Origin: Nitrospirota bacterium | GTDB taxonomy: Bacteria > Nitrospirota > Thermodesulfovibrionia > Thermodesulfovibrionales > Dissulfurispiraceae | Assembly: GCA_040758355.1 (NCBI GenBank) | Contig: JBFLWF010000037.1 | Location: forward strand, 1 to 17,535 | Length of the DNA: 17,535 nt | Direction of reading: 5' to 3' | Shown: one piece after another, positions 16,618-17,535 of the stretch | Position numbering within the stretch: position 1 is the stretch's first letter | Layout of the letters: every line of letters begins with the position of its first letter | Program-made: the position numbers and the translations under genes | The notes under the pieces: model-generated | Told to the model about the DNA's origin: nothing | Databases searched by the model: none | The model's input: only the letters and a program-made list of their open reading frames with translations

Positions 16618-17280
16618 ATGAAAACAGATAGGCAAAAAAGAATCCTCATTGTCGATGATGAGGAAGTAATAAGGGCAAACCTTTCCGAGATCCTGAAAGA
16701 AAACGGCTATTTTACAGATGCGGCGGTCTCCGGAATACAGGCCATTAACAAGGCTACCTCTGCTGATTTTGATGTTGTTCTCCTTGATTTGATGATGCCT
16801 GTGATGGACGGTATGGAAACGCTCAAGGAGATCAAAAAGATCAGGCCGAAAATAAAAGTGATCATGATTACCGCTTTTGCCACAGTAGAAGGGGCAGTGG
16901 ATGCTATGAAAAATGGTGCAAGCGACTATGTCCGTAAACCGTATATGCCCCATGAACTCATTGCTACCATACAACGGACACTCGAAGAGGCACGATTTGA
17001 ATCAAACCTTAAAAAGATGAATTTCGAATATGCCATTCTTCCCTTGTCCAATCCAATAAGGAGGGATATACTGCTGTTGCTTTACTCGAAAGGAAGCAAG
17101 CGTTTCATGGACTTCGTACGAGAGTTCGACATGGATGACCATACAAAACTTACCTTTCATATCAACATGCTCAGAGAACACGGCTTGGTAGAACAGGGAA
17201 GAAGGTCATATTCCCTTACCCCAAAAGGAGTAAGAATGGTGGAGTTCCTGAGGATCTCGGAGGCCTACCTTTCAGCATAA
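16618..17280 (+). CDS. Response regulator: receiver plus ArsR-like winged helix-turn-helix (paralog 2)
   Basis: Same length as 15637..16299 and aligns without gaps; D13/D14, D57, T85 and K107 conserved. Confidence 0.88.
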   Translation: MKTDRQKRILIVDDEEVIRANLSEILKENGYFTDAAVSGIQAINKATSADFDVVLLDLMMPVMDGMETLKEIKKIRPKIKVIMITAFATVEGAVDAMKNGASDYVRKPYMPHELIATIQRTLEEARFESNLKKMNFEYAILPLSNPIRRDILLLLYSKGSKRFMDFVREFDMDDHTKLTFHINMLREHGLVEQGRRSYSLTPKGVRMVEFLRISEAYLSA

Positions 17281-17333
17281 ATAATCCTGCATTTCCTCCG
17301 GACAAATGCTTGCCTTTAAATGTCTTGCACAGT

Positions 17334-17359
17334 TTTTTGAGAAATTCATTTCTCAAAAA
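17334..17359. repeat. Perfect 11-bp inverted repeat between convergent genes
   Basis: TTTTTGAGAAA-TTCA-TTTCTCAAAAA. Confidence 0.7.
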
Positions 17360-17362
17360 CCC

Positions 17363-17533
17363 TCATTCTGAGAAGAAGGTTTCTCTTGATTTTGCCTTTA
17401 CTAAAAAGTATGGCTCATCGTGGAAGAGAGTGGGTAAACCGATGGACTTGAAGCGGTATAACATGGCTTCAAATAATGGGGAAAGAGCTTTCAAAGGGGC
17501 GAGAAAATCCGTATGATTACCGTATGGGAAAAA
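17363..17533 (-). CDS. Possible 3' end of a convergent gene entering from the right window edge; product unknown
   Basis: Minus-strand frame open from the edge to the TGA at 17365-17363: FFPYGNHTDFLAPLKALSPLFEAMLYRFKSIGLPTLFHDEPYFLVKAKSRETFFSE*; it ends 3 nt from the inverted repeat. Confidence 0.4.
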   Translation of the reverse strand, partial: FFPYGNHTDFLAPLKALSPLFEAMLYRFKSIGLPTLFHDEPYFLVKAKSRETFFSE

Positions 17534-17535
17534 AT

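Noticed and set aside
16486..16974. 162-aa minus-strand ORF with a similar counterpart at 15778-15972
   Set aside because: The similarity simply mirrors the duplicated receiver DNA on the plus strand.
17310..17516. 68-aa plus-strand ORF with a TTG start
   Set aside because: No SD, runs through the inverted repeat, and is antisense to a more plausible minus-strand gene end.

Overview
Most of the window (11-15423) is a complete, co-oriented bacterial ribosomal protein supercluster. The order is tuf, the S10 block (rpsJ-rpsQ), the spc block (rplN-rplO), secY, map, infA, rpmJ and the alpha block (rpsM, rpsK, rpsD, rpoA, rplQ). rpmD (L30) and adk are absent from their usual positions. The proteins tentatively suggest an anaerobic lineage such as Nitrospirota/Thermodesulfovibrionia or a deltaproteobacterium (unverified impression). 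The most notable item is missing from the ORF track: a small ORF at 15420 overlaps the rplQ stop codon (ATGA) and lies upstream of the operon terminator. It encodes a single-TM peptide that reaches an in-frame TGA followed by a weak SECIS-like hairpin and 14 more sense codons including a Cys, so it is a candidate small membrane selenoprotein. Downstream are two tandem 220-aa paralogous response regulators (receiver plus winged-helix), with conserved receivers and diverged DNA-binding domains, flanking a 63-aa Cys-rich ORF preceded by a palindromic operator-like site. Smaller signals are an internal promoter before infA, short tandem repeats in several spacers, a terminator-like hairpin before rpoA, and T-poor third codon positions in tuf. 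All counts were done by hand.
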